Origin: a virus
Lineage: Duplodnaviria; Caudoviricetes
Direction: 5' to 3' (one strand)
IMG/VR virus record: IMGVR_UViG_3300049027_000045
Coordinates: 1 to 44,429 of that record
DNA length: 44,429 nt
The notes beneath the pieces were generated by a model that saw nothing but the letters and a program-made list of their open reading frames with translations, was not told where the DNA came from and made no database searches. Within the stretch, counting starts at the first letter, position 1. Each line of letters begins with the position of its first letter. Made by a program: the position numbers and the translations under genes. Shown here piece after piece: positions 1 to 8,756 of this stretch.

Positions 1-3
1 GGT

Positions 4-129
4 GCGCGCCGACCGCCGCGCACCTGTGGCGCTGGGCCGAGGTGTGGGACCTAGGCTGCATCGCCTGCCGCCTGGCCGGCCTGGGCTGGGTCGCACCCGA
101 GCAGGACCACCGCAACGTCGGCGACCTGG
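4..129. repeat. Direct terminal repeat, left copy (126 bp; assembly circularity overlap)
   Basis: Identical to 44304-44429; only bases 1-3 differ (ggt vs ccg). Confidence 0.95.
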
Positions 130-371
130 CCGGCATGCCGCGCACCGAAGGCGGCCACGACGACACGCTCGGCCTGTGCTGCTGGCATCACCGCGGCATT
201 CCGTTCGCGGGCTGGACCGCCGAGCGCTGCCTGCGCGAGGCCGGGCCGAGCAAGCAACTGCACAAACGCGCGTTCCTCGAGCGGTTCGGCTCGATCGAGG
301 AGCTGCACGCCCAACAACTGCGACGATTGGAACGGTATCGTGAGCGCACGCGGATCTCGCCGAAAAGGTGA
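6..371 (+). CDS. Ref-like RecA-dependent HNH-type nuclease, 3' part (gene starts at 44285; 128 aa total)
   Basis: GCIAC...H...GH..TLGLCCWHHRG...GPS..HKRAF..RFG pattern; in frame with ATG 44285 across the circular junction. Confidence 0.75.
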   Translation, partial: APTAAHLWRWAEVWDLGCIACRLAGLGWVAPEQDHRNVGDLAGMPRTEGGHDDTLGLCCWHHRGIPFAGWTAERCLREAGPSKQLHKRAFLERFGSIEELHAQQLRRLERYRERTRISPKR

Positions 372-372
372 A

Positions 373-630
373 ATGAAGTTCATTCCAGCCGGGCCTCGCT
401 GCTACGTCACCGCCGACCCGGCCGGCTACACCGTGAGCATCACCGGCGCCGGCGACCGCGGCGTGTATCAGGCTGTGCACGGCGAAAGCCTCAAGGGCAC
501 CGCGGTGGTGGTCGCGATCGTGCGCGGCGTCGACCTCACCGACCCGGAAAAAAGAAAGGCCGCCGCGCAGGAAATGCGGGCGGCCTGTGTCGCACACGCG
601 GCCGCTAGTGCGTCGCCGTCATCTTCGTGA
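373..630 (+). CDS. Hypothetical protein (85 aa)
   Basis: ATG 1 nt after the upstream stop with AAGGTG RBS; phage-like codon usage. Confidence 0.7.
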   Translation: MKFIPAGPRCYVTADPAGYTVSITGAGDRGVYQAVHGESLKGTAVVVAIVRGVDLTDPEKRKAAAQEMRAACVAHAAASASPSSS

Positions 631-1528
631 CCTTGAACGCGGCGTCGAGCACGCCCATGAGCCGGCGCAGCTCGCCGGAGAACAGCGCCAGGCGCGCGCC
701 GTATTCCGCGGCCAGGTCCTCGCGCTCGGTCTGCTCGAGCGAGTCGAGCGCGCCGTCGAGCAGCTGCAACTTACGCAGCACCAGGTCCTCGCCCAGCACC
801 ACGCTGACGTGATCGTCGAGGACGACCTGCACCCGCGTCGCCTGGCGGCCGTGCTCGAGGTGGCGGACCACCTCATCGCCGTAGATCTCAACGCCGCTCA
901 TGGTGACCTTGGCGCCCTTGTCGGCCGGGTCGCGCAGCTCGAGCGCGTCGCCCAAGCTGAGCCCGTCCGGCAGCGGCTCGCCGGCGACCCAGCCGGTGAG
1001 CACCGAGCGCGGTGACACCTCGGCGTTGAGGTGCAGCGCCGGGAAGCTGCCGAGCGCGCGCCGGATCAGGCTGGCCACGGCCTCGGCGGTGGCCACGCTC
1101 GAGGTGTCGACGTGCAGGCGCGACGTGGTGGTGTCGATCACCGCCCAGGTGCGGCCGGGCACGATCGGTGCCTTGGGCAGCATCTCCATGATGATTTCGT
1201 CCTTGATCCGCTTGCGCGTGCGCCCGCCGGGCCGGCGCCCGTCCTGCTGCTCGATCGCGCGCAGCTTGGCGTTGAGGGCCTTGTCGACCGCCGGGCCGGG
1301 CAGCGCGCGCTTGTTGGTGCCGATCGACAGCAGCCAGGCACCGCCGACCTCGACCAGCAGGTCCGCCGGGTCCTCGCTGTCGGTCTGCACCGGCGGCAGG
1401 AACCCGTCGCGGCAGAGCTCGAGCGGGCCGGGGTCGGCCAGCGGCAGCTCGGCCAGGCCGGCGCGGACGTCGTCGATCGGCGGCAGGACGAAGGGTTCGA
1501 ACGTGAAGGTGACCACGTTACGGAACAT
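605..1528 (-). CDS. rdgC: Recombination-associated protein RdgC
   Basis: MFRN start; GRRPGGRTRKRIKDEI..LLP-type segment; LGSFPALHLNAEVSPRSVLTGW; VLGEDLVLRKL; 307 aa. Confidence 0.93.
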   Translation of the reverse strand: MFRNVVTFTFEPFVLPPIDDVRAGLAELPLADPGPLELCRDGFLPPVQTDSEDPADLLVEVGGAWLLSIGTNKRALPGPAVDKALNAKLRAIEQQDGRRPGGRTRKRIKDEIIMEMLPKAPIVPGRTWAVIDTTTSRLHVDTSSVATAEAVASLIRRALGSFPALHLNAEVSPRSVLTGWVAGEPLPDGLSLGDALELRDPADKGAKVTMSGVEIYGDEVVRHLEHGRQATRVQVVLDDHVSVVLGEDLVLRKLQLLDGALDSLEQTEREDLAAEYGARLALFSGELRRLMGVLDAAFKVTKMTATH

Positions 1529-1531
1529 GGC

Positions 1532-2167
1532 TCACTCTCCCGCGTAGACGTAGCGACCGAGCGGCAGCTGGTCGAGCGGCGTGCCGAGCGTGTCGATCGA
1601 GATGCCGCCGACGCCGAGCGCCTCGAGCAGGCCGTGCTTGCGCACGCGGATCTCGGCCGGCGCGGCCACCAGGCCGAAACCGCAATGCTCGGCCGCGGCG
1701 CGGGCCTCGGCGGCAGCCGTCTCGAGGTCGCGCCGCGTCGGGCGAGTGCCCACGGCCTGGTCGGGTTCGGCATAGCGGTTTTCGTGGCGCTCGAGGCGCC
1801 CCTGGCTGGCACGCTCGACGCCGCGGTACGCCTGCGCCGCCGGCGAGGCGCTGGCGGCGTTGCGCCAGTAGGGCGGGAGGTCGCGCGGAGCGACGGGCGT
1901 GGCGATGTCCTTGGGCAGCCCCTCGGGCACGGCCTCGGCCTTGCGCGTGTCGTCGTGGTCGCACGGCACGTCACGCCCCTCGGCGTTGTGGCAGCGCGCG
2001 ATCCAGTAGCGCAGTGCTTCATTGAGCGACGCCGGGTAACACGTCTCGAGCACGGCCGCGCCAAGGTGATGCTCGAAGCCGTCCGCGCCGATCACGTCGG
2101 CGGTCGGCTCGCGCACGACCTCCACGGGGCCAAGCGTCGGGTGGATGATGATGGTGCCGGTATTCAT
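1532..2167 (-). CDS. Hypothetical protein (211 aa)
   Basis: ATGA-coupled to upstream gene; GAGAGAGG RBS; GC3-rich codons. Confidence 0.75.
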   Translation of the reverse strand: MNTGTIIIHPTLGPVEVVREPTADVIGADGFEHHLGAAVLETCYPASLNEALRYWIARCHNAEGRDVPCDHDDTRKAEAVPEGLPKDIATPVAPRDLPPYWRNAASASPAAQAYRGVERASQGRLERHENRYAEPDQAVGTRPTRRDLETAAAEARAAAEHCGFGLVAAPAEIRVRKHGLLEALGVGGISIDTLGTPLDQLPLGRYVYAGE

Positions 2168-2481
2168 GCCCAGGTTCCTCTCTCATAGCGCTCACGCAGA
2201 TCGTCGTCGGTGAGCTTGGGGTTGTGGTCGCAAAAGCCGGAGCCTTTGCGGTGAATGAAGCTGTAGCCCCGACAGCCGGTTCGTTGAGGGTCGCAGGTGG
2301 GTGCTTTCCCGCGTTCGCGCTTCGCGCGGTAACGGTCCACCCGATAGTGCGCGTCGGTGCGCCTGGTCGGATGGGCGTGCATCTTGCGCCCGCAGCCGCG
2401 GCAGCGCGGCAGGCGCACGTAATCGTGGACGGGGCGCGCCAGGGTGCGGCGCGACTCGCATTTACTGCACCGGACGTGCAT
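2164..2481 (-). CDS. Cys/His-rich putative zinc-binding protein (105 aa)
   Basis: CSKC, CRGC and C..GC.GY.FIHR.GSGFC motifs; start taken at MHVRC. Confidence 0.7.
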   Translation of the reverse strand: MHVRCSKCESRRTLARPVHDYVRLPRCRGCGRKMHAHPTRRTDAHYRVDRYRAKRERGKAPTCDPQRTGCRGYSFIHRKGSGFCDHNPKLTDDDLRERYERGTWA

Positions 2482-2677
2482 CGGGCCAGTGCGCGCGGAT
2501 GTCGGCGGCGAGGGCGTGCAGGTCGACCAGCTCGGGCACCGGCGCGACGTGGCCGACCGTGGTCTGCCGCGACTGCCAGAAGGCGCGCGCGCGGTTCGCG
2601 AGCAGCTCATCGCGCGAGCCGTAGTTCCAGAGCGGGCCGTGGAAGCCTTGCCAGTTCAGCGTGGGCGTGGTGTTCAT
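2462..2677 (-). CDS. Hypothetical protein (71 aa)
   Basis: AAGGGGA RBS before ATG 2677; first gene of a leftward unit. Confidence 0.65.
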   Translation of the reverse strand: MNTTPTLNWQGFHGPLWNYGSRDELLANRARAFWQSRQTTVGHVAPVPELVDLHALAADIRAHWPDARPVQ

Positions 2678-2843
2678 GGATTCCCCTTTGCGCCGGGTCC
2701 TGCCGGCGGCGCCAAGCGTACACTGCAAAGCGGCCGATACCGTGCCAAAAAGAAAACGCAATGTTCTAGGAATAGGACGATGTCGGGGCATTAGATGGGT
2801 GTACAGTGGCCGCACCCGGATGGTCCGGGCAATGGGGATTCAA
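2678..2843. promoter_or_regulatory. Divergent control region, relatively AT-rich
   Basis: Non-coding gap between divergent starts; contains AGCGTACACTGC (2715) and GGTGTACAGTG (2798), both also found at other control sites. Confidence 0.6.
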
Positions 2844-3197
2844 ATGGCTATCGACCCGGTAATGCAAGACCTCAACCGCCAGCTCGACGCGGAGGCCGCC
2901 GCCGAGCTGTTCGGCTACGCCGTCGGCGCGGTGCTCGACCGCTGGATGGGCGAGCACAAGCGCGTCGCCGACGCGCTCGACGACATCATGGCGGAAAGCG
3001 ATCACCGCCCGCAGGGGTACACCACCTTCGGCGACGGCCTGGCCATGTTCGCGATGCTCGACAGCGAGGCCGACGCCGTGCGCTACCGCGCCACGCTGCG
3101 CGAGATGGTGCGCGCGCAGCTGCGCAGCGCCGCCGAGGAGGAGGTGCGCCGCAACGACGCGCGCATCGAGGCCGCGGAGGAACCTGACCATGAGTGA
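2844..3197 (+). CDS. Hypothetical protein (117 aa)
   Basis: GGGGA RBS; codon bias begins at MAIDP. Confidence 0.7.
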   Translation: MAIDPVMQDLNRQLDAEAAAELFGYAVGAVLDRWMGEHKRVADALDDIMAESDHRPQGYTTFGDGLAMFAMLDSEADAVRYRATLREMVRAQLRSAAEEEVRRNDARIEAAEEPDHE

Positions 3198-3441
3198 CGC
3201 CGGCGAGCTGTTCCGCACCCAGGCCGAGGCCACCAAGCGCCACCGCGCCGAGATGCTGGCCAAGGCCGACACCAGCGGCTGGACGCGGCACACGGATTTT
3301 CATTTCTCCCGCTACTACGGGCGCGACCGGATCGAATGGTGGCCGAGCGGCGGAAAGGCCAAATTCAAGGGGCGGATGGTCTACGGCCACCGCAAGGTCA
3401 ACGAGCTAATCGCGCGACTCAATTCGCAGGTGGCGGGATGA
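3190..3441 (+). CDS. Hypothetical protein (83 aa)
   Basis: GGAGG RBS; overlaps both neighbours. Confidence 0.75.
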   Translation: MSDAGELFRTQAEATKRHRAEMLAKADTSGWTRHTDFHFSRYYGRDRIEWWPSGGKAKFKGRMVYGHRKVNELIARLNSQVAG

Positions 3442-3983
3442 CGCGCCGCGGCGAGAACCCGTGCCTCATCTGCCGCGAGCTGGCCAGCGGCCCCAAGGGC
3501 GGCACGGTCTGCCCGGAGTGCGTGCGCAAGGTCGAGGCCTATGACGCGATGCGCGAGCAAGCGCACCGCGGCGCGGTGAGCATCCGCCTGCGCCAGTACC
3601 CCTACGTGCCGAGCAGCAGCGGCGGCATGCGCCGGGACGAAAAGGCCACGCAGCTCGAGAACCTGCTGCGCGACCTGCGCCTGGCGCTGGACCGACCGAG
3701 CACGCGCCGCGGCTGGGGCACCTGGGCCGCGCCGGGCGAGCTGGCGCCGGAGTTCGAAGGCAAGCCGCGCGAGCGCGGCATGGTCGAGGACCGCGATCAA
3801 ACGGCGTTCAATGTCGACGCGCGCCTGGCACAGTTCCTGCTCGACCTCGAGCCGATGATCCAGCACGCGATTCGCGAGGCCGAGGAGAACGGCAAAAAGC
3901 AGGGCAGCAACCTGCTCGCGCAGCTGGCCGCGGGCGAGCTCACCAGCGCCGAGTTCGAGAAGCGCGCAGGGATCACCCGATGA
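3438..3983 (+). CDS. Hypothetical protein with N-terminal CxxC..CxxC zinc finger (181 aa)
   Basis: CLIC...CPEC; ATGA overlaps on both sides. Confidence 0.75.
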   Translation: MTRRGENPCLICRELASGPKGGTVCPECVRKVEAYDAMREQAHRGAVSIRLRQYPYVPSSSGGMRRDEKATQLENLLRDLRLALDRPSTRRGWGTWAAPGELAPEFEGKPRERGMVEDRDQTAFNVDARLAQFLLDLEPMIQHAIREAEENGKKQGSNLLAQLAAGELTSAEFEKRAGITR

Positions 3984-4087
3984 AGTGGCGCGCGCTCATC
4001 ATCGGCTTTCTCGGTACACTGGCGGTCGCCGGTTTCTGGCTGCTGCTCATCTACACGCTCACGGTCGGGGAGGGGCCGAGCCAATGA
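3980..4087 (+). CDS. Small single-TM membrane peptide (35 aa, not in ORF track)
   Basis: MKWRALIIGFLGTLAVAGFWLLLIYTLTVGEGPSQ; ATGA-coupled at both ends. Confidence 0.7.
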   Translation: MKWRALIIGFLGTLAVAGFWLLLIYTLTVGEGPSQ

Positions 4088-4272
4088 TCCCGTTGCGGTG
4101 GAAAGATCTCGAGCCGGGCGACAGCGTGATCCAGCGCGCGCCGGTGATGAAGGTGGAGCGCATGATCCCTCGCGAGGAGCGCGCCCACTGGCAGCTCGAG
4201 CCGACGCGTGGCACGCATGGCCAGGCGTGGACCGTGGTCACGCGGGTGGCGCCCCGTGAAGTCCAAAGCTGA
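4084..4272 (+). CDS. Hypothetical protein (62 aa)
   Basis: GGAGG RBS; ATGA overlap. Confidence 0.6.
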   Translation: MIPLRWKDLEPGDSVIQRAPVMKVERMIPREERAHWQLEPTRGTHGQAWTVVTRVAPREVQS

Positions 4273-4444
4273 GATCGCCGCGACGATGGCCAAATTCGAC
4301 GCGGTGCGCGCCGAGATCGCGCGCGCCGACAGCATGACCCAGGAACAAATCGAGGCCGAGGCGATGGAGGCGCGCCAGTGGCTGGGCAACCTCATGCCCG
4401 ACGAGCGCCAGCTCGGCCTGTTCGATCGCAAGCGGGAGCGGTAA
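4256..4444 (+). CDS. Small protein with QLGLF clamp-binding-like motif (about 62 aa)
   Basis: GTG start uncertain; stop abuts the initiator ATG (TAAATG); ERQLGLFD near the C-terminus. Confidence 0.65.
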   Translation: MKSKAEIAATMAKFDAVRAEIARADSMTQEQIEAEAMEARQWLGNLMPDERQLGLFDRKRER

Positions 4445-5197
4445 ATGCACTATTTCCAGTTCGACCTGGGCGATTACGCCAAGGACACCGGCCACCTCAC
4501 CGCGCTCGAGCACGGCGTCTATACGATGCTGCTGCGCTGGTACTACGCCAACGAAAAGCCGATCCCGGTGGGCATGCATACGCGCATCGCGCGCGAGCCG
4601 GCCGCGGTGGTCGACCCGATCATGGCGGAATTTTTCGATTGGGATGAGGAGGCGCAGGCGTGGCATCACAAGCGCGCCGACCAGGAGATCGAGCGCGTGC
4701 ACGGGCGCTCGGAAAAGGCGCGTGCGTCCGCGCAAGCGCGATGGGGTGATCGCAATGCGGACGCATCGACAACGAAGCCGAAGCGCACTGCTACCTCAAT
4801 ACCTCAAGACCTCAAGGATTCCCCCAAACCCCCGAAGGGGGCCGAGGGCGAGAAAAAGACGCGACCCAAGGCCGAGCGCGGCGTCACCATCGACACGTTC
4901 CTGGCCAACTTGGCGCCCGGGGAAAAGGCGTTCCCGGCCAACGACAAGCTGTTCGAGTACGCGCGCAGCATCAAGCTGCCGATCGTGCTGGTGAAACTGG
5001 CCTGGCTCACGTTCGTGGCCGATATGACCGAAAAGCGCAAGCTGCAAAAGGACTGGCGCGCGACGTTCCGCACCTACGTGCGCAAGAACTACCTGCGCCT
5101 GTGGTTCGCCACCGACAACAACGGCGAGCTCGAATACGAGCTCACCACCCAGGGCAAGCAAGCCCGGGAACGCCACAAGGACCAGCTAAATGCCTAG
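4445..5197 (+). CDS. YdaU/DUF1376-family replication initiator (O-like)
   Basis: MHYFQFDLGDYAKDTGHLTALEHGVY.MLL..YY..EKPIP signature; directly upstream of DnaB. Confidence 0.85.
   Translation: MHYFQFDLGDYAKDTGHLTALEHGVYTMLLRWYYANEKPIPVGMHTRIAREPAAVVDPIMAEFFDWDEEAQAWHHKRADQEIERVHGRSEKARASAQARWGDRNADASTTKPKRTATSIPQDLKDSPKPPKGAEGEKKTRPKAERGVTIDTFLANLAPGEKAFPANDKLFEYARSIKLPIVLVKLAWLTFVADMTEKRKLQKDWRATFRTYVRKNYLRLWFATDNNGELEYELTTQGKQARERHKDQLNA
4754..4815. repeat. Candidate replication origin elements: palindrome AATGCGGACGCATC plus 3 tandem (T/G)ACCTCAA
   Basis: Palindrome core 4755-4766; 8-bp tandem repeats 4792-4815; located in the initiator's linker, where lambdoid origins lie. Confidence 0.5.
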
Positions 5198-6623
5198 ATC
5201 GGCCCAGGCGGGGAAGCCGACCGAGAGAGAGGAACATCGCAACAACACCCTCAGTCACCTGCGCGTTCCGCCGCAGTCGGCCGAGGCCGAACAGGCCGTC
5301 CTTGGCGGCCTGATGCTGTCGCCCACCGCGCTGCCGGTGGTGCAGGGGATCATCAACGAGGGGGATTTCTACCGCCGCGACCACCGGCTCATCTACCGCG
5401 CCATTCTCGAGCTCGAGGAAAAGGCGCGGCCGTTCGACGCGGTCACGATGGGCGAATGGTTCGAGGCCCAGGGCATGGCCGAGCTGGTCGCCGGCGGCGC
5501 CTACCTCATCGACCTGGCGAGCAACACGCCGAGCGCGGCCAACATTGCCGCGTATGCCGAGATCGTGCGCGACAAGGCCGTGCTGCGGCAGCTGGTCGAC
5601 ATCGGCACCGAGGTGACCAACAACGCGTTCGACCCGCAAGGGCGCGACACCGACGAGCTCATCGCCGAGGCCACCGCGAAAATCGAGTCGGTGGTGCGCA
5701 CCGCCGGCAGCGTCGGCGCCAGCGCGCGCGACGTGCTCAAGGTAGTCAACCTCGAGATGCAAGAGGCGTTTTACGCCGACGAGAACCACCGCCCAGGCCT
5801 CAGCACCGGCAACGAGGAGCTCGACAAAAAGATCGGCTACCTGCGGCCGGCGCGCGTGTACGGCGTGGGCGGCCGGCCCAAGATGGGCAAGAGCACGCTG
5901 GCCGGCGACATCGCGGTGGCCAATGCGCTCGCTGGCGTGCCGGTCGACGTGTTCACCTACGAGATGCCGGCCAAGGAAATGATGCAGATTTTCATGGCCA
6001 AAGTCGGCTCGATCGACTACCACCTGCTGCAACATCCGAAGCTGATGCAGGATGACGATTGGGGCAAGGTCAAAAACGCGTTCGCGCGCCTGCGCGACAC
6101 CAAGCTCACGATCCACGACGACGCCAGCACCACCATCGAGCGCATTTGGGCGGTGTGCCAGGTGAAAAAGGCCAAGGGCGAGCTCGGCCTGGTGGTGATC
6201 GACCAGCTCAACATCATGCCCACGCCCGACCTCGGCCGCCGCGACCTCGAGCTCGGCCATATCACGCGCATGACCAAGCGCATGGCGGTGCGCCTGGGCG
6301 TGCCGGTGATCCTGGTGTTTCAGCTCAACCGCGGCAACGAGGCCGGCGGCAAGGTGCGGCCGCCGCGCGCCGGCGACGCGCGCGATTCCGGCGCGATCGA
6401 GCAGGACCTCGACGCGATGATCCTGCTGCACCGGCCGAGCTACTACGACAAGAGCGCACCGAAGGGTTGCCGCCTCGAGGTGGCGCTGCAACGCAACGGC
6501 GAGAGCGGCGTGGTGATCCGGCTCGAGGATGAGCTGCAATACAGCCGTTTCGCCAAGGGTCGCAGCGAGTGGGTCGACACGCGCAGTTTCAGCGTCGAGG
6601 ACAGCGATGCAAACGGGTTCTAG
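5190..6623 (+). CDS. dnaB: DnaB-like replicative helicase
   Basis: PPQSAEAEQAVLGGLM N-domain; Walker A GRPKMGKST; VVIDQL; QLNR; DSGAIEQD. Confidence 0.95.
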   Translation: MPRSAQAGKPTEREEHRNNTLSHLRVPPQSAEAEQAVLGGLMLSPTALPVVQGIINEGDFYRRDHRLIYRAILELEEKARPFDAVTMGEWFEAQGMAELVAGGAYLIDLASNTPSAANIAAYAEIVRDKAVLRQLVDIGTEVTNNAFDPQGRDTDELIAEATAKIESVVRTAGSVGASARDVLKVVNLEMQEAFYADENHRPGLSTGNEELDKKIGYLRPARVYGVGGRPKMGKSTLAGDIAVANALAGVPVDVFTYEMPAKEMMQIFMAKVGSIDYHLLQHPKLMQDDDWGKVKNAFARLRDTKLTIHDDASTTIERIWAVCQVKKAKGELGLVVIDQLNIMPTPDLGRRDLELGHITRMTKRMAVRLGVPVILVFQLNRGNEAGGKVRPPRAGDARDSGAIEQDLDAMILLHRPSYYDKSAPKGCRLEVALQRNGESGVVIRLEDELQYSRFAKGRSEWVDTRSFSVEDSDANGF

Positions 6624-6637
6624 CGTACACTGCGAAC

Positions 6638-6895
6638 ATGACCATCAACCCATCGACCATCGAGAAAATCCTGGCCACGCAACGCGCGCAACGCGAGGCG
6701 GGGATCAACCCGACGTTGATACGGGCGAGCCCGGATGCGATCGAGGCGTTGACCGCGGAGATCGAGGCCCTGGTCGAGGTGTTCGAGCGCCGCGGTGGCC
6801 AGATCCTCAAGGTCGCGGGCATGTGGCTGCTGGTCGACGAGCGCCTCGATGCGGCGACCATCGAGCTGACGACGCGCCAGGGCATGGACGCATGA
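6638..6895 (+). CDS. Hypothetical protein (85 aa), possibly leaderless
   Basis: ATG 6 nt after TACACT; no SD; ATGA-coupled downstream. Confidence 0.7.
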   Translation: MTINPSTIEKILATQRAQREAGINPTLIRASPDAIEALTAEIEALVEVFERRGGQILKVAGMWLLVDERLDAATIELTTRQGMDA

Positions 6896-7080
6896 CCGTG
6901 CTGGTCACGATCCTCAAGGCGGCGGCGATCATTTGCTGCACGCCGCTGGCGTTTTTCGCCTGGGTGATCGCCTGCCTGGCCGCGGCGCGGGTCGGCCCCG
7001 GCCTGGTGATGGTGGCCGCGGTCGGCCCGGTGCTGGCGGTATCGTGGTGGCTGCACTACCGCAGGCGCCGACGACGATGA
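6892..7080 (+). CDS. Small 2-TM membrane protein (62 aa)
   Basis: Two hydrophobic segments and a poly-Arg tail; ATGA overlaps. Confidence 0.7.
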   Translation: MTVLVTILKAAAIICCTPLAFFAWVIACLAAARVGPGLVMVAAVGPVLAVSWWLHYRRRRRR

Positions 7081-7208
7081 GCAAGCGCAAGAAAAAGAAA
7101 CGCGAGCGCCGTCCGAGCAAAGCGCAGCGCACGCGGTTCGAGCGGCAACGACAGCACGACCACCAAACGCGGCAACGCCGCCAAGAGAGAGGACGCGATG
7201 AATCGTAA
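7077..7208 (+). CDS. Very basic Arg/Lys-rich peptide (43 aa)
   Basis: MSKRKKKKRERRPSKAQRTRFERQRQ...; fills the gap in an ATGA-coupled operon. Confidence 0.55.
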   Translation: MSKRKKKKRERRPSKAQRTRFERQRQHDHQTRQRRQERGRDES

Positions 7209-7740
7209 CGACACGCAACGCATGACCAACACGCTGCTCGAGGTCGGCTATGAGCGGCTGCGCCAGGAGCTCAAGTGGGGCCAGCAGAATCACCCCGACC
7301 TGCCGCCGGACGCGCCCGAGAACGTGCTGCCGTCGACCTGGCTGTACGTGCCGACCGCCGACGATGCGCGCGCCATGTGTCAAGGCGCGTTCGCGCAGCA
7401 CCGCGGCAGCTACGCGCATATCCTGCTCGAGGAGGTGTGCGAGGCGTTCGACGACGCGCGCGACCCGCACAAGCTGCGCGCCGAGCTGGTGCAGGTCGCG
7501 GCGGTCGCGGTGGCGTGGATCGAAAAGATCGACCGCCACGACCCGCACGCCGAGCTGCGCCGGCGCGAGCGTAACGGGTGGGCGATCGAGGCCAACCGCG
7601 GCACGGTCGAGGAGCCGAAGTGGGAGCGCATCGAGGGGCCGGCCAAGTTCACGTGCGAGGCGCACCTGTACCGCGCCGTGCCCACGGCCAAGTCGATCGA
7701 CGCGGCTGCGGCGTCGCGCACGTTCCTGCCGAGCGATTGA
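7198..7740 (+). CDS. MazG-like all-alpha NTP pyrophosphohydrolase
   Basis: ERLRQELKWGQQNH...ILLEEVCEA...LRAELVQVAAVAVAWIE. Confidence 0.75.
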   Translation: MNRNDTQRMTNTLLEVGYERLRQELKWGQQNHPDLPPDAPENVLPSTWLYVPTADDARAMCQGAFAQHRGSYAHILLEEVCEAFDDARDPHKLRAELVQVAAVAVAWIEKIDRHDPHAELRRRERNGWAIEANRGTVEEPKWERIEGPAKFTCEAHLYRAVPTAKSIDAAAASRTFLPSD

Positions 7741-7742
7741 CC

Positions 7743-8537
7743 ATGACGGCCGCCGAGACTGCACGGAAGATCACCAGCGCCGACGTGCGCGCCGCGCTCA
7801 AGCTGCGATTCGAGCCGGCCAGTCACGCGCTGCTGTTCGAGGTGGCCAACGCGACCGGCGCGGGAGCGCGCCGGTACGCGGACGCGGTCGCGATCGGCCT
7901 GTGGCCGTCGCACGGCCACAAGATCGAGGGCGTCGAGATTAAGGTCACCCGCGCCGATTTCCTGTCGGAGATGAAAGACGCCACGAAAAGCCAGGCGGTG
8001 TTTCGTTTCTGCAACCATTGGTGGCTGGCCTGCCCGCGCGGCATGGTCACGCCCGAGGAGCTGCCGCCGACCTGGGGCCTGCTCGAGCTGATGGAGAACG
8101 GCACGCTGCGCACCCGGGTGAAGGCACCCAAGCTCGACCCCGAGCCGGTCGACCTCGGGTTCCTGGCCAGCCTGGTGCGCCGGCACGCCGGCGTCGACGA
8201 GGAGATGGCGCAGGCGATGCTGGCCAGGATGCGGGCCGAGCTGCGCAGCGAATACGACCGCGACCTCGAGAACCGGCGCCGCAACGATCGCGACCACCGC
8301 GCCCAGGCGGTCGAGGCGGGCATTGCCATGCTCGACAAGATCCAGGCCGAGACGGGCCTCGACCTGCGCAATTTCCAGACCGCGCACACGCTGCTGCCGT
8401 GCATCAAGGTCGCCCAGGCGCTGGGGCATGGGTGGAGCGCCCCCCTGCCGCAACTGCGCCGACACGCGCAGAATCTGCTCAAGGCGCTCGACGAGTGTGG
8501 CCTCGAGCCCGAAGGGGGAAGCGATGGGACTGTTTAG
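7743..8537 (+). CDS. MmcB-like PD-(D/E)XK nuclease
   Basis: FEV...RYADAV...GVEIKVTRADFLSE...K...FCNHWW...EELP..WGL. Confidence 0.8.
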   Translation: MTAAETARKITSADVRAALKLRFEPASHALLFEVANATGAGARRYADAVAIGLWPSHGHKIEGVEIKVTRADFLSEMKDATKSQAVFRFCNHWWLACPRGMVTPEELPPTWGLLELMENGTLRTRVKAPKLDPEPVDLGFLASLVRRHAGVDEEMAQAMLARMRAELRSEYDRDLENRRRNDRDHRAQAVEAGIAMLDKIQAETGLDLRNFQTAHTLLPCIKVAQALGHGWSAPLPQLRRHAQNLLKALDECGLEPEGGSDGTV

Positions 8538-8754
8538 GAACCTGTGGGTGGAGCACCGCCAGGCGATGATCGCGCGCGCCCTGTACCGGCGGGCGTTCAT
8601 GGTCGCGCAGTGCTGCGCCGAGATCCGCCTCGAGCGCACGTTCGACCGCCTGGCCGATGCGCCGACCCGGTGGGATGACTGCCGGGTGATGGCCACCGAG
8701 CTGCGCGCCTGTGACGTCATGCGCCATACCAGCCAGGCGCCCGTCTACGCCTGA
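8524..8754 (+). CDS. Hypothetical protein (76 aa)
   Basis: AAGGGGGA RBS; fills the gap before terS. Confidence 0.65.
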   Translation: MGLFRNLWVEHRQAMIARALYRRAFMVAQCCAEIRLERTFDRLADAPTRWDDCRVMATELRACDVMRHTSQAPVYA

Positions 8755-8756
8755 GC

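Noticed and set aside
4-129. Terminal repeat as a biological DTR or att site
   Set aside because: It falls mid-gene, its length is close to a common assembler k-mer, and there is no integrase; it most likely reflects assembly overlap
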